In this document: in pieces, positions 7,658 through 16,507 of the stretch
Numbering within the stretch: position 1 is the stretch's first letter
How the letters are laid out: each line of letters begins with the position of its first letter
Assembly: GCA_049700215.1 (NCBI GenBank)
Contig: JBNAVT010000031.1
Coordinates: 1 to 21,790 of the forward strand
DNA length: 21,790 nt
DNA from: Thermoproteota archaeon
GTDB taxonomy: Archaea > Thermoproteota > EX4484-205 > JAAOZP01
Direction: 5' to 3'
Program-made: the position numbers and the translations under genes
Notes under the pieces: generated by a model
What the model was told of the DNA's origin: nothing
What the model saw: the letters and a program-made list of their open reading frames with translations, nothing else
Database searches by the model: none

Positions 7658-8782
7658 ATGATGGTTGAGGAGAGGCTGGAACTCGGGAGGCTTGTAACCT
7701 TCACGCCTAACAAGAGCATTCCAATACACAACTGGTTCCACTATAAGGAAGGCTTCTCCCGCGACTTCGTAGCCCTAGTGAGCAGGCAGCTCGGGCTTGG
7801 GGAAGGCTCGTGGGTGCTGGACCCGTTCTGCGGCGTCGGTACAACCCAGCTGACTGGGAAGGAGCTTGGAATAAACACTGTCGGTGTCGACGTTGCTGAG
7901 CTCCCTGTTTTCGTCTCCAGGGTTAAGACTGCGGACTACGATGTTGAACAGCTTAGGAAGGTTTCCGAAAGGGTTTTCTCAGAAAAGTTCCGTAGGCCCA
8001 GCCTCAGCGGCTTGAGCAGGCTTGCTAGAAGAGCCTTCCCCAGGCATGTTCTGGAGGACGTGGTGTTCTTCAGAGAGATTGTTGAAAACATTGAGGATGA
8101 AACAGCAAAGGGGTTTTTTAAACTCGGCTTAATGAGCGCCGCTATGAAGGCATCCTACGTTGTGAAGGACGGTGGCATTCTCAGAATAGTCAGGGAGAGA
8201 AACGTACCGCCCTTCAGAAAATTCTACAGGAGCAGGATTAAGAGGATGATTAAGGATGTTAAGGCCTACAGGATGCTCAACCCCATAGTGGCCACTTTCA
8301 AGGCTGACTCGAGGAGCCTAGGGTTCCTGGAGGATGAGGCGTTCGACGCGGTCATCACCTCCCCGCCCTACTTGAACAAGATAGAGTACACCAGGGTTTA
8401 CAGCGTTGAAAACGAGCTTTTCTTCAAGGGCTCCGAGCCCATGTTAAGGTCGTACATTGGCGACAACGTTAGGCGAGAGGAGGGTTTTGAAAACGCCGGG
8501 GGCATGCCTGCGGTAGTTGAAGCCTACTTCCAGGATCTGCGGAGAGTCCTCTCAGAGATCCACCGTGTCCTCAAGAGGAAAGGGATGGGCGTGTTCGTCA
8601 TAGCTCAAGGAGTCTTCCCTACTGGCGTTGTGGAAGCAGAGAAAATATTCGTTGAAATGGCTGAGGAAACCGGTTTTGAAACCGAGAAGCTCTGGCTTGT
8701 TAACAGGAGGGTTGCGACGAGGAACCGGGTTGTCAAGATCGGTTATGCCGACGAGTATGTTGTTTTCACCCGTAAACCGTAA
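7658..8782 (+). CDS. Amino-methyltransferase, N4-cytosine-type (alpha order), no adjacent restriction enzyme
   Basis: Motif I VLDPFCGVGTT precedes motif IV VITSPPY. N-terminal HNWFHYKEGFS. Confidence 0.82.
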   Translation: MMVEERLELGRLVTFTPNKSIPIHNWFHYKEGFSRDFVALVSRQLGLGEGSWVLDPFCGVGTTQLTGKELGINTVGVDVAELPVFVSRVKTADYDVEQLRKVSERVFSEKFRRPSLSGLSRLARRAFPRHVLEDVVFFREIVENIEDETAKGFFKLGLMSAAMKASYVVKDGGILRIVRERNVPPFRKFYRSRIKRMIKDVKAYRMLNPIVATFKADSRSLGFLEDEAFDAVITSPPYLNKIEYTRVYSVENELFFKGSEPMLRSYIGDNVRREEGFENAGGMPAVVEAYFQDLRRVLSEIHRVLKRKGMGVFVIAQGVFPTGVVEAEKIFVEMAEETGFETEKLWLVNRRVATRNRVVKIGYADEYVVFTRKP

Positions 8783-8788
8783 AAAGCT

Positions 8789-9802
8789 CTAAATCCTTAG
8801 ACTGTTTTCCACGCTTGGACGTACGGGGTGGGAATCGTAGCCGAGCCTCTTAAGCTCCCTGGAGAACTCCTCTGGGAAACCGTGGACTGTGAAAACCTTC
8901 TCCGGACTGGTTTCCCTCACGATTTCGATCAAGCCTTCGAAATCAGCGTGATCGCTAAGGGGGAAAGCCTTGTCTACGCCAAGCGTCTCACAATACCAGT
9001 TGAAAAGCGACCTGCCTGAGAAGCTTATGAAGACGGCGTCATACTTCCTCTTGATCAGCTGCATGAAAGCATTCCTGCCTGAGACATTAGGATAGTAGAG
9101 AGCCCAGGAGCCGTTGGGCAGCTCTGAGGACTGGGGCGTGAAAACCTTCTTCCCCCCTATTCCTATTGAGAAGAGCCTGTACACGTTGTTATACTCCGCT
9201 ATTGACGGGGAAACGTATGTTTCGACAACGCCTTGGAGAACAGGATCCAGGATCATTTGAAGATGTTGAGACTTCCCCAGTGGATAACCCATGAGAACCA
9301 TTGGCCTGCCCCTCCGGACTGTTTCACTCACGTAGTCAACAATCTCCCTGATCAGCTGCCTCCTAGGGGGGAAGACAAGGCTGGGACGCCCATAGTTCGA
9401 CTCTATTATCAGGGTGTGGACCCTTGGGAAGCATTGCCTAAGTATGCCTTCAACAGGGGAAGTGTTAACGTCCCCCGTGTACAGTACCACACCCCTATCG
9501 GTTTCAACGAGGAGCGCTTTAGACCCTAGAATGTGGCCTGAGTCGAGGAGAGTGAAAGGGTCGGGTTCAACACGTTTAACCTCAAGCCCCCTGAGCGTTG
9601 AAAGCAGCAGGGTTTCCTCTGAGCATACTGCTAAAGCCCTCCTCGCGTCCGACTTACCAAGATGGTCGAAGTGAGCGTGAGATATGAAAAGATAGTCCAT
9701 CGGCTCGAAGCCCGTTTTCAGAAACGCCTCTCCTTCTCTGAAGCATAGGGTTGCGAAACGGTCCAGCTTAATCGAAAAACTCCTCGGGCATGCTGCAGAC
9801 AT
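8789..9802 (-). CDS. Metallo-beta-lactamase/beta-CASP nuclease (COG1236-like)
   Basis: SHAHFDH, GHILGS, YTGD, LIIESNYG, GYPLGKSQ, LSDHADF and VHG motifs. Confidence 0.85.
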   Translation of the reverse strand: MSAACPRSFSIKLDRFATLCFREGEAFLKTGFEPMDYLFISHAHFDHLGKSDARRALAVCSEETLLLSTLRGLEVKRVEPDPFTLLDSGHILGSKALLVETDRGVVLYTGDVNTSPVEGILRQCFPRVHTLIIESNYGRPSLVFPPRRQLIREIVDYVSETVRRGRPMVLMGYPLGKSQHLQMILDPVLQGVVETYVSPSIAEYNNVYRLFSIGIGGKKVFTPQSSELPNGSWALYYPNVSGRNAFMQLIKRKYDAVFISFSGRSLFNWYCETLGVDKAFPLSDHADFEGLIEIVRETSPEKVFTVHGFPEEFSRELKRLGYDSHPVRPSVENSLRI

Positions 9803-9805
9803 TTT

Positions 9806-11440
9806 CTAGGTGAAAAACCTGTTTTCCCTGAGCTTAGTCAGGAACCTGCTTTCAAGCCTCCTAGCCGGAGGAGCCCATTTCCTCCTCCTCTCTTCAAGCT
9901 CATCCCTGTCGACAAGCAGGTCCAGCCTCCTGCCCGGCACGTCTATAAGAATCTCGTCACCGTCCTCCACTAGCGCTATGGGTCCTCCTGCATAAGCCTC
10001 TGGAGAAACATGGCCTATCGCGATGCCCTTCGTGCCGCCTGAGAACCTTCCGTCAGTAACCAGAGCAACCGTTTCAACAAGGTTCCTGCCAACTATGAGC
10101 GAGGTGGGCATTAGCATTTCCCGCATGCCGGGGCCGCCTAGAAGCCCCTCGTAGCGGACAACAACCACAGTGTTCACGTTGAAAACCCCCTTCCTAATGG
10201 CGTCTACAGCCTCCTCCTCAGAGTTGAAAACCCTAGCCTCGCCCCTGAAAGCCCTCAGCTGAACAGGCGTACCGGCGAGCTTGATCACAGCGCCCTCCGG
10301 CGCTAGGGAGCCCCAGAGCACCGCTATCCCTCCTTCACCCCTGTACGGGTTACTCGGAGAACGTATGAGCGTGCCCTTCGGATCAGGGAACGCTTCGACA
10401 AGCTCCCTGAGGCGCCTACCAGTGACAGTCAGAACATCCAGGTTAAGATAGTCCCTAAGAATCCTCATCAGCGAGGGGACTCCGCCAGCGTTGTAAAAAT
10501 CAACCATGAAGCTCTCTCCGGAAGGCCTTATCAGAACAAGCGTAGGTATCCTCCTGCTTATCTCGTCGAAAGCCTTCAGCGGCAAGTCGTAGCCAGCCTC
10601 CTTAGCGAGGGCGTTCAGGTGTAGAACAGTGTTGGTTGAGCCTCCGAGAGCATTGTCGACCACTATAGCGTTAGTCAGGCTTTCAGGCTTAACAATATCC
10701 TTGAACCTTAAGCCCTCCTTCCAGAGCCCAACTATCCTCCTCCCGGACTCGTAGGCAAGGGTCTTCTTACCCTCGTCCTCAGCGTGGGTAGCAGCCATCC
10801 CCGGGAGCGACATACCCATTGCCTCAACCAGGCACGCCATAGTGTTCGCGGTGAATAGGCCGGCGCAACTCCCAGCACCCGGGCAGGCAACCCGTTCAAA
10901 CCCCCTAAGCTCCTCAAGCGTAATCTTCTCCTCACTATACTCTCCGAGAGCCTCGAATACTGAAACCAGGTCCACCCTCCTCCCCTTGAAAACCCCGGGG
11001 TACATGGGCCCGCCGGTAACGAATATCGACGGAAGGTTCAGCCTGGCGGCTGCCAGCAGGTGGCCGGGAACAATCTTGTCGCACGAGGAGACGAAGACCA
11101 GGGCGTCGAACATGTGTGCTGAAACCATTATCTCAACCGAGTCCGCAATAACCTCCCTGCTGGGGAGGGAGAACTTCATCCCCTCATGGTTCATCGCAAT
11201 ACCGTCGCAGACAGCGATCGTATTGAAGACGAAGGGAACCCCGCCCCCATCCCTAACGCCTTCGGAAACCTTCTCAGCAATCGCGTCGAGGTGAACATGC
11301 CCCGGGACAACGTTAGTGTAGGAGTTAACTATGCCTATGAAAGGCTTGTCGAAGTCCTCGCTCCTCAAACCTACGGCGTGGAGCAGAGCCCTGTGCGGAG
11401 CCCTGTCCACACCCTTCTTTACAGCGTCGCTCCTCATCAA
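9806..11440 (-). CDS. ilvD: Dihydroxy-acid dehydratase (start TTG 11440 or ATG 11437)
   Basis: PGHVHL, VCDGIAM, SREVIADS, CDKIVPG, GSCAGLFTANTM, GGSTN, GGPGMREM and TDGRFSGGT motifs. Confidence 0.95.
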   Translation of the reverse strand: MMRSDAVKKGVDRAPHRALLHAVGLRSEDFDKPFIGIVNSYTNVVPGHVHLDAIAEKVSEGVRDGGGVPFVFNTIAVCDGIAMNHEGMKFSLPSREVIADSVEIMVSAHMFDALVFVSSCDKIVPGHLLAAARLNLPSIFVTGGPMYPGVFKGRRVDLVSVFEALGEYSEEKITLEELRGFERVACPGAGSCAGLFTANTMACLVEAMGMSLPGMAATHAEDEGKKTLAYESGRRIVGLWKEGLRFKDIVKPESLTNAIVVDNALGGSTNTVLHLNALAKEAGYDLPLKAFDEISRRIPTLVLIRPSGESFMVDFYNAGGVPSLMRILRDYLNLDVLTVTGRRLRELVEAFPDPKGTLIRSPSNPYRGEGGIAVLWGSLAPEGAVIKLAGTPVQLRAFRGEARVFNSEEEAVDAIRKGVFNVNTVVVVRYEGLLGGPGMREMLMPTSLIVGRNLVETVALVTDGRFSGGTKGIAIGHVSPEAYAGGPIALVEDGDEILIDVPGRRLDLLVDRDELEERRRKWAPPARRLESRFLTKLRENRFFT

Positions 11441-11447
11441 GCCTTTC

Positions 11448-12431
11448 TCAACCGTATATCATCGACCTTATTTTCCTACCAACGTTCTCTATCAAGTGGC
11501 TCCTCTCCCTTTCGACAAGAGTCTTCAGAACAACCTGGTTTGAACTGTTCTCCAGTATCCACTCTCTTGCAAACACTCCTGTCTGAACGTCTTCAAGCAG
11601 CTTCCTCATTTTCCTCTTAACCTCCTCGTCTATAAGGTAGGGGCCGCGCGTAAGCCCCCCGTACTTAGCCGTGTCGCTCACAGCCTGCCACATTCCGGAT
11701 AAGCCTTTAGACCATATCAGGTCGACTATAAGCTTCAGCTCGTTTAAAACCTCGAAGTACGCCACCTCAGGCTGGTACCCTGCTTCAACAAGGATTTCGA
11801 AGCCGCTTTTAATGAGTGACGAGACTCCTCCGCACAGCACAGCCTGCTCCCCGAAGAGGTCTGTCTCAACCTCCTCCTTGAAAGAGGTCTCTATCAAACC
11901 GATTCTACTCAGCCCGACGGCTTTCGCAAGCTCCCTTACGATTCTCGAAGCGTTCCCAGTGTAATCCTGGTGGACGGCTATCAAGCCCGGAACTCCGGTT
12001 CCGCGAACATACGCATCCCTTAAAGCAGGGCCCGGCGCCTTAGGAGCCACGAGAACAACGTCGAGCCAGGGAGACGGAACTATCTGCCTGTAGTGAATGT
12101 TGAAAGCATGCGCGAAAACAAGCGTCGAACCCTTTGAAACATTAGGCTCAACATGATCCCTGTAGACAGCTGGCTGAGCAGGGTCAGGAATAAGCATAAG
12201 TATGATGCTGCTCTTTTTAACGGCCTCACCTATCTCGTAGACTTCGAAACCATCTTCGGAAGCCTTTCTCCACGACGCTCCCCCGCTTCTTAAGCCTATT
12301 ATAGTCTTGACGCCGCTGTCCCTAATATTCTTAGCCTGAGCCTCACCCTGGGAGCCGTAGCCTATGACTGCGACAGTCTTATTCTTAATCAGCTCAATAC
12401 TTATCTCGTCGTCTCTTATTATCCTAGCCAT
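11448..12431 (-). CDS. ilvC: Ketol-acid reductoisomerase
   Basis: IGYGSQG, VAPKAPG, ETDLFGEQAVLCGG and SDTAKYG motifs. Confidence 0.96.
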   Translation of the reverse strand: MARIIRDDEISIELIKNKTVAVIGYGSQGEAQAKNIRDSGVKTIIGLRSGGASWRKASEDGFEVYEIGEAVKKSSIILMLIPDPAQPAVYRDHVEPNVSKGSTLVFAHAFNIHYRQIVPSPWLDVVLVAPKAPGPALRDAYVRGTGVPGLIAVHQDYTGNASRIVRELAKAVGLSRIGLIETSFKEEVETDLFGEQAVLCGGVSSLIKSGFEILVEAGYQPEVAYFEVLNELKLIVDLIWSKGLSGMWQAVSDTAKYGGLTRGPYLIDEEVKRKMRKLLEDVQTGVFAREWILENSSNQVVLKTLVERERSHLIENVGRKIRSMIYG

Positions 12432-12475
12432 CCTCAGTCACCCCTACTCCTCAGCGGTGATTTCTTTTAAGCTTT

Positions 12476-12964
12476 TTACTTTCTGAAACGGTTTAGAGTG
12501 TGAATCATCACGCCGCTCCTTGAGAAGCTTTCAATACGGTCTTTAAACTCCTCCTTGAAATCGTCAACCATCCTGGGGTCGGCCAGGAGCTCGACGAGAA
12601 GCCTGGAGCCGCTTAACAGGGTTGTCCTAGCCCTGTACCTAACCCTGATGTAGTCGCTCACGCTCGTGTCGCAATCCTTCAGCACGGCTATGAAAGCCTC
12701 CCTTATCACGTCGTACTCTAGAGAACCTATCTTAACCTCGGAGACGCAGGGGTTTTTCTCAAGAATCTTAACTATGTTTTCAAACTTCTCCTGGGGCAGG
12801 CTGAAGGTCAGCGATATCTCGGATGTCTTCCCGTTCACCATGCCAACAGTAATCGTGTCAATGTTTATCGCCCTCCTCGCGAATATCGACGAGATTCTCT
12901 CCATCACCCCCGGCATGTTGACAACCCTGAGCACGATGAACCTCTTATTCTCGTCAGAAGCCAT
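12476..12964 (-). CDS. ilvN: Acetolactate synthase small (ACT regulatory) subunit
   Basis: NMPGVMERISSIFARRAINIDTITVG ACT motif and C-terminal RSG. Directly downstream of ilvB. Confidence 0.85.
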   Translation of the reverse strand: MASDENKRFIVLRVVNMPGVMERISSIFARRAINIDTITVGMVNGKTSEISLTFSLPQEKFENIVKILEKNPCVSEVKIGSLEYDVIREAFIAVLKDCDTSVSDYIRVRYRARTTLLSGSRLLVELLADPRMVDDFKEEFKDRIESFSRSGVMIHTLNRFRK

Positions 12965-12970
12965 TCCACT

Positions 12971-14644
12971 CTACCTCCCCACGATAACGCTGTCGAGCGG
13001 GGAAGCTGGAGGAACCATTGGGAAAACATTATCCTCCCGCTCAACAATCACGTCGATCACAGTTGCCTCATCCTGCTCCAGAGCAGTCTCGAGAGCATCT
13101 TTAAGCTCGCTTATCCTCGTCACCTTAAAACCCCTGGCGCCGAAGCCCTCTGAAACCCTAGCTATGTCAGCCCTACCCTTCAGGTCCACGGCGATATACC
13201 TCCTGCCGTAGAAGAGCTCCTGCCACTGCCTAACCATACCCAGGAAATAATTGTTGAGAACCACGACTATGATCGGCAGGTTATAGTCGACTGAGACAGG
13301 AAGCTGGTTGCAAGTCATGAAGAAGCTGCCGTCCCCAGCAATGTCGAAAACACGGCTCCCGGGGAAAGCCGCCTTAACCCCGATTGCAGCCGGAAGCCCG
13401 AAGCCCATTGTCCCCAGGCCACCGGAGGATATGAACTGTCTTGGGCGCCTAACTGTGAAGTGGAGTGAAGCATACATCTGGCACTGGCCCACCTCGGTCG
13501 TAACGAAATCCTCAACCCTAACGTAGTCGCTAAGAACCCTGACGGCAGCACTAGGATCCACGGGGACAGCATCATAGTCGTAAAAGAACTCTGACTCCCT
13601 CCTGAGCTGCTTCACCCTCTCACCCCATGCGCCAGCCTTACCCTTCTGGAGAAGCCTGAGAACCGCCTCGCGAACCCTGTTTAGAACCTGCTTAGCGTCA
13701 CCGGCGATGCCTAGGTCTGGCTTAAGCAGCTTCCCGATCTCAGACCTATCTATGTCCACGTGTATCTTCCTCGCCCTCGGGGCGAAGCCGTTCAGCTTGC
13801 CCGTAGTCCTGTCGCTGAACCTCATGCCTACTGCGAGAACCAGGTCGCTCTCCTGAACAGCCTTGATCGCGCCAAGCCTCCCGTGCATCCCGAGCGTCCC
13901 CAGGGACAACGGGTGGTTCTCAGGAATGCTCCCCTTACCCATGAGCGTCGTCGCCACAGGAGCGTTCAGAAGCTCAGCCAAGGCGATGAGCTCGCTGGAC
14001 GCGCCTGATATTATTACTCCTCCCCCGGCGATGATCACAGGCCTCTCAGCCTCAACCAGCATCCTGGCGGCGGAGAGAATCTCCTCGTCAGAGGGCGTGG
14101 GCGGCTCATACGAGTAAACGTAGAAATCATCATCAGGTTCACCCTCCATGAGCTGAACATCCCTGGGAACATCTATGTGAACAGGCCCAGGCCTTCCGGA
14201 CAAGGCTATTTTAAAAGCGTTCTCGAGAGCAGAGTTAAGCTCATTCAAATCCCTGGGCAGAAAGTTCATCTTAGTCAACCCTATCATCATCGAGAAAATA
14301 TTAGCCTCCTGGAAACCGTCGTAGCCTATGAGCGGCGTCGCAACCTGGCCGGCTATGCTTAAAACCGGCGAGGAATCCAAGTAGGCGTTAGCAATTCCCG
14401 TGGCAAGGTTGGTGGCGCCAGGGCCTGATGTCGCGACGACGACGCCCATCCTGCCGGTTGCCCTAGCATAGCCGTCAGCCATGTGGGCAGCACCCTGCTC
14501 GTGCCTAGTCAGAATGAACTCGATGCTACTCTCCTTATACAGCTCGTCTAGGAACGGGAGCACAGCGCCACCAGGCACTCCGAAGATGGTTTTAACCCCG
14601 TTCTCCCTCAGCTTCTCCACTAGCAGTCTAGACCCTGAAACCAT
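12971..14644 (-). CDS. ilvB: Acetolactate synthase large subunit, biosynthetic type
   Basis: FGVPGG, RHEQGAAHMADGYAR, TSGPGATN, GMHG, RFSDR, SGGLGTMGFG, GDG..NN TPP motif and LGMVRQWQ. SD GAGGTG at 14656-14651. Confidence 0.96.
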   Translation of the reverse strand: MVSGSRLLVEKLRENGVKTIFGVPGGAVLPFLDELYKESSIEFILTRHEQGAAHMADGYARATGRMGVVVATSGPGATNLATGIANAYLDSSPVLSIAGQVATPLIGYDGFQEANIFSMMIGLTKMNFLPRDLNELNSALENAFKIALSGRPGPVHIDVPRDVQLMEGEPDDDFYVYSYEPPTPSDEEILSAARMLVEAERPVIIAGGGVIISGASSELIALAELLNAPVATTLMGKGSIPENHPLSLGTLGMHGRLGAIKAVQESDLVLAVGMRFSDRTTGKLNGFAPRARKIHVDIDRSEIGKLLKPDLGIAGDAKQVLNRVREAVLRLLQKGKAGAWGERVKQLRRESEFFYDYDAVPVDPSAAVRVLSDYVRVEDFVTTEVGQCQMYASLHFTVRRPRQFISSGGLGTMGFGLPAAIGVKAAFPGSRVFDIAGDGSFFMTCNQLPVSVDYNLPIIVVVLNNYFLGMVRQWQELFYGRRYIAVDLKGRADIARVSEGFGARGFKVTRISELKDALETALEQDEATVIDVIVEREDNVFPMVPPASPLDSVIVGR

Positions 14645-14694
14645 TTAAAACACCTCTCGCAAACAGCCTTTTGAAAACTCTTTCTTCCCCTATT

Positions 14695-14787
14695 GGAGGT
14701 TGAGCTTGCAGCGGGGCCTCTGCAGTTGGTGGACGGTGTCCCGCCCCCTTGGAGCGTGAATACTATGGTACACTCAGCGCACCTCCT
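14695..14787 (-). ncRNA. Candidate cis-regulatory structured leader RNA (BCAA leader motif, ilvB copy)
   Basis: P1 GGAGGU 14786-14781 / ACCUCC 14700-14695. CGCUCC-AAG-GGGGCG 14756-14742. GGAC-ACC-GUCC 14741-14731. UGCAG/CUGCA 14724-14707. Homologous to 968-1047 (+). Confidence 0.7.
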
Positions 14788-14811
14788 AAGCAGTGGGCCC
14801 CCCACGAGGCA

Positions 14812-14826
14812 TATATTAATCTTTCC
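14812..14826 (-). promoter_or_regulatory. BRE + TATA promoter of ilvBNCD; predicted TSS about 14789-14787
   Basis: Minus strand GGAAAGA followed by TTAATATA (14819-14812). Confidence 0.72.
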
Positions 14827-14837
14827 CCCTAAGCCGG

Positions 14838-15539
14838 CTAAATATCGTCGATACGAATATTCCTAACCACCAGAGAGCACACGAATAAGGCTGAAAAGTA
14901 GAGCGCCACGGAAATAATTAGAACGGCCACGATCAGTATGAATGAATAGCCAGACTTAAACATGTCGAGGAAGAAAGATGGAGACGACTGGCTTTGCTGC
15001 TGAGTATCAGGCGCAACCGTCGCGCTGAAAACAAGAGTCGTCAAGCTGAAAACAATCATGCAGAGGAAGACTGCCTTTGAGCTAGCGAGCTTTCTAAAAA
15101 CCTCTTCGGAGAAAACAGATCCAAAGGATAATGAGAAGAGCCAGTTGCCGTGCGTCACTAAAAGAAAATACATCAGGCTCGCAACTGTTTCACTATCTAA
15201 AACCCGGATTGAAGGCGTTAAAACTATTAGTGTCTTAAGCTCCAAGAGAATAAAGGAAACCAAGGAGTGTGCCAGCAACGGCTTGTACTCAGAAGTGTTA
15301 ATGTAAAGCCCTAGTTTAAACCCCCTGTTTAAAAACTCTCTGCGCCATATCTCAAGCTCGAAAAACGTTGAGAAGAGAACTATCACTATCCATGTTGCTG
15401 GAAGCAAATGAATAATGGGTTTAAAGGAACCTGAATGCAGTATAACGTAAGCGACCAACGCGGCTGGAGCAAGCTCTAAGACTATTAAGAGCGGTGAGGT
15501 GAAGAAGAACTTCAGCTCCCGGTCTATCAAGTTGGCCAA
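14838..15539 (-). CDS. Divergent ABC-2-type permease-like membrane protein
   Basis: About 6 hydrophobic segments, N-terminal RELKFF typical of ABC-2 permeases, and 6 nt downstream of the ABC ATPase-like gene. Confidence 0.6.
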   Translation of the reverse strand: MANLIDRELKFFFTSPLLIVLELAPAALVAYVILHSGSFKPIIHLLPATWIVIVLFSTFFELEIWRREFLNRGFKLGLYINTSEYKPLLAHSLVSFILLELKTLIVLTPSIRVLDSETVASLMYFLLVTHGNWLFSLSFGSVFSEEVFRKLASSKAVFLCMIVFSLTTLVFSATVAPDTQQQSQSSPSFFLDMFKSGYSFILIVAVLIISVALYFSALFVCSLVVRNIRIDDI

Positions 15540-15545
15540 GACGCG

Positions 15546-16493
15546 TCACTCCTCCATGAACCTGCTGGCAGACTCAAGCAGGTGCTGCCTGCTGCTAACT
15601 ATCTTGTTCACCGTAGCGTTGTTCTTAACGAGGAACTCCAGCATGCTCTGGATTTTCTCCGGAGTATTGTCCAGCTCGATTATTGCTTCACTCTCGCCTG
15701 TTGCGTACCAGCTTACACCCATTTTCTCAAGATTTTCAATATTGTTTTCAACGTTGAAGCTCGAGACGTGTATTGAAAGCGTCCCGGGGCCGCTTACCCC
15801 GGTGACGAAGCTCTCAGTATGGTCCAGAACAGCCTGCTGCCCGTTGTGAAAGATGAGTATCCTGTCGCAAATATCGTCGAGGAGAAGAGGCACTGTTGAG
15901 AACACTAGCACAGACTTACCTAGGTCAGTCGAGGTCTTTAAAAAGTTCCGCATGAAGGAGGCGACGTCGAACGTCGCTCCCCTGAAAGGGTCGTAGAGAA
16001 GCATCACGCCCGGGTCGTGGACGAATGCTGAGGCGAAGCAGAGCTTCCTCTTGAGGGAGAGGGAAAGCCTGGACCATTTAACCCTTGAAAAGCCGGCTGC
16101 TTCCAATAGGGAGAGCAGCTCCCCAATTCTTTTAACAGCCTTCTCCCTGGGCATTCCGTGCAGGGAAGCGGCTAGGAGGAAGTTCTCCATGACCGTTAGG
16201 TCTTCAATAAGGTTCATGGTGCACGAGTAGAACCCAACCCTCCTGCTGAAATCCCTCCTGCTGAACCTCGGGTTGTTGAAGTATAGTATGCTGCCTGAGG
16301 AAGGCCTCTCCAGGAGAAGCAGGAGTTTGAAAAGGCATTCGACGGGCTCAGTCCTGTTTGAAACAATCCCGAGTATTTCAGCACTGTCAAGGACGAAGCT
16401 CGCCTTCGAAAGCAGCGCGTGCTCACCCTTTTTGAACGAGACGTCTGAAACCTTCAGCGGCGCGCCAACGGGTTCAGCGAGGCTCAATCTCAA
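15546..16493 (-). CDS. ABC transporter ATP-binding-like protein with degenerate motifs (probably inactive)
   Basis: ABC scaffold (LKVSDVSF, PSSGSI, LTVMENF, HDP, LDDICDRILIFHNG), but Walker A, signature, Walker B and H-loop are all altered. SD GGAGG at 16502-16498. Confidence 0.75.
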   Translation of the reverse strand: MRLSLAEPVGAPLKVSDVSFKKGEHALLSKASFVLDSAEILGIVSNRTEPVECLFKLLLLLERPSSGSILYFNNPRFSRRDFSRRVGFYSCTMNLIEDLTVMENFLLAASLHGMPREKAVKRIGELLSLLEAAGFSRVKWSRLSLSLKRKLCFASAFVHDPGVMLLYDPFRGATFDVASFMRNFLKTSTDLGKSVLVFSTVPLLLDDICDRILIFHNGQQAVLDHTESFVTGVSGPGTLSIHVSSFNVENNIENLEKMGVSWYATGESEAIIELDNTPEKIQSMLEFLVKNNATVNKIVSSRQHLLESASRFMEE

Positions 16494-16507
16494 ACATCCT
16501 CCTTAGA

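Noticed and set aside
9803-9808. Pyrrolysine or read-through at the ilvD TAG
   Set aside because: TAG is a common stop in this window, and the downstream ORF has its own ATG.
14620-14805. 61-aa minus-strand ORF across the ilvB leader
   Set aside because: It starts upstream of the predicted TSS, has no SD, overlaps ilvB out of frame, and has no counterpart in the leuA leader.
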